Source: the human T2T-CHM13v2.0 reference genome, Homo sapiens. From it: a stretch of 64,000 nucleotides of DNA. Position numbers and translations under genes: made by a program. Where the stretch lies: NCBI RefSeq assembly GCF_009914755.1, contig NC_060944.1; one strand, given 5' to 3'. Positions 52,184 through 64,000 of the stretch are shown in pieces (the first letter of the stretch is position 1; every line of letters starts with the position of its first letter). The notes beneath the pieces were generated by a model. The model made no database searches, was not told the origin of the DNA, and was given only the letters and a program-made list of their open reading frames with translations.

Positions 52184-52375
52184 TAGGTGGAAGCCCCAAA
52201 CATGTTCCAGGGAGTCTGTCCACTAATTTGCAGGAGAGAAGGGGTGACATTTGTTAACTTTGCTCTCAGTTCTGGAGATAAAGTGCTTACTCTAGCGCAG
52301 GGGTAAATCTAGAAACAAATGTGGGTGAGCCCTAAAAGTGGATCCTTAAGTAGGTGCTAAGACTAAAAAGAATGA

Positions 52376-52667
<292 letters not shown>

Positions 52668-52767
52668 TAAAAAGGATGATAATAAAAAACAAACTTCAGT
52701 TCCTTCATTAGGGAGCTGGCCCCAGTCATTCAGTGGCGAGGGCAAAAGGCAGTGGTGTACCATCTTC

Positions 52768-63319
<10,552 letters not shown>

Positions 63320-63437
63320 TGAGTAGCTGGGATTACATGCACCCACCACCACGCCTGGCTAATTTTGTAGGCTAATTTTGTATTTTTAGTAGAGATGGGG
63401 TTTCACCATGTTGGTCAGGCTGGTCTCGAACTCCTGA

Positions 63438-63770
<333 letters not shown>

Positions 63771-64000
63771 TAGTAGAGACAGGGTTTCTCCATGTTGGTC
63801 AGGCTGGTCTCGAACTCCCGACCTCAGGCCTGCCTCGGCCTCCCAAAGTGCTGGGATTACAGGTGTGAGCCACTGCACCCAGCCCTATGTGATTATTTTT
63901 GAGAAGAGAAACTAAAAGGAATGAGAGGAGAGTTAGGAAAGGCTTAAGGTCTCCTTATATACTTTTTGTTACGTTTTACGTTAAAAAATCATACGAATAT

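Overview
Human genomic DNA, recognised from the encoded proteins as the DDX27/ZNFX1 locus (chr20q13.13; the chromosome location is from recall). Positions 1-24.6 kb are an extremely Alu-dense intergenic region built on old L1/L2/MIR/MaLR fragments, with a small unique island carrying a near-consensus CTCF motif. A CpG-rich promoter at ~24.7-25.3 kb drives DDX27 (+ strand). I reconstructed all 21 coding exons with consistent phases: 2391 nt = 796 aa from the first ATG, or 765 aa from the second. The 3' part of ZNFX1 (- strand; last 7 coding exons, including a 2445-nt coding terminal exon with NF-X1 zinc fingers and the RZ finger) converges on DDX27, leaving a ~1.8 kb gap. Nearly all other ORF-track entries are Alu translations. 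The most notable non-obvious signals are: (1) a GC/CpG-rich ~330-bp non-TE retroposed insert with a perfect 18-bp TSD in DDX27 intron 1; (2) a near-consensus AluYa5 in intron 7; (3) a 35-bp-arm palindrome, split by a micro-Alu insertion, just past the DDX27 poly(A) site; (4) cryptic minus-strand exons that could extend ZNFX1 antisense into DDX27; (5) tandem/bistable hairpins in intron 1; (6) divergent CTCF motifs bracketing DDX27. I found no convincing wholly new biological system; these findings are candidate elements that need testing. Repeat boundaries are approximate because they were read by eye.
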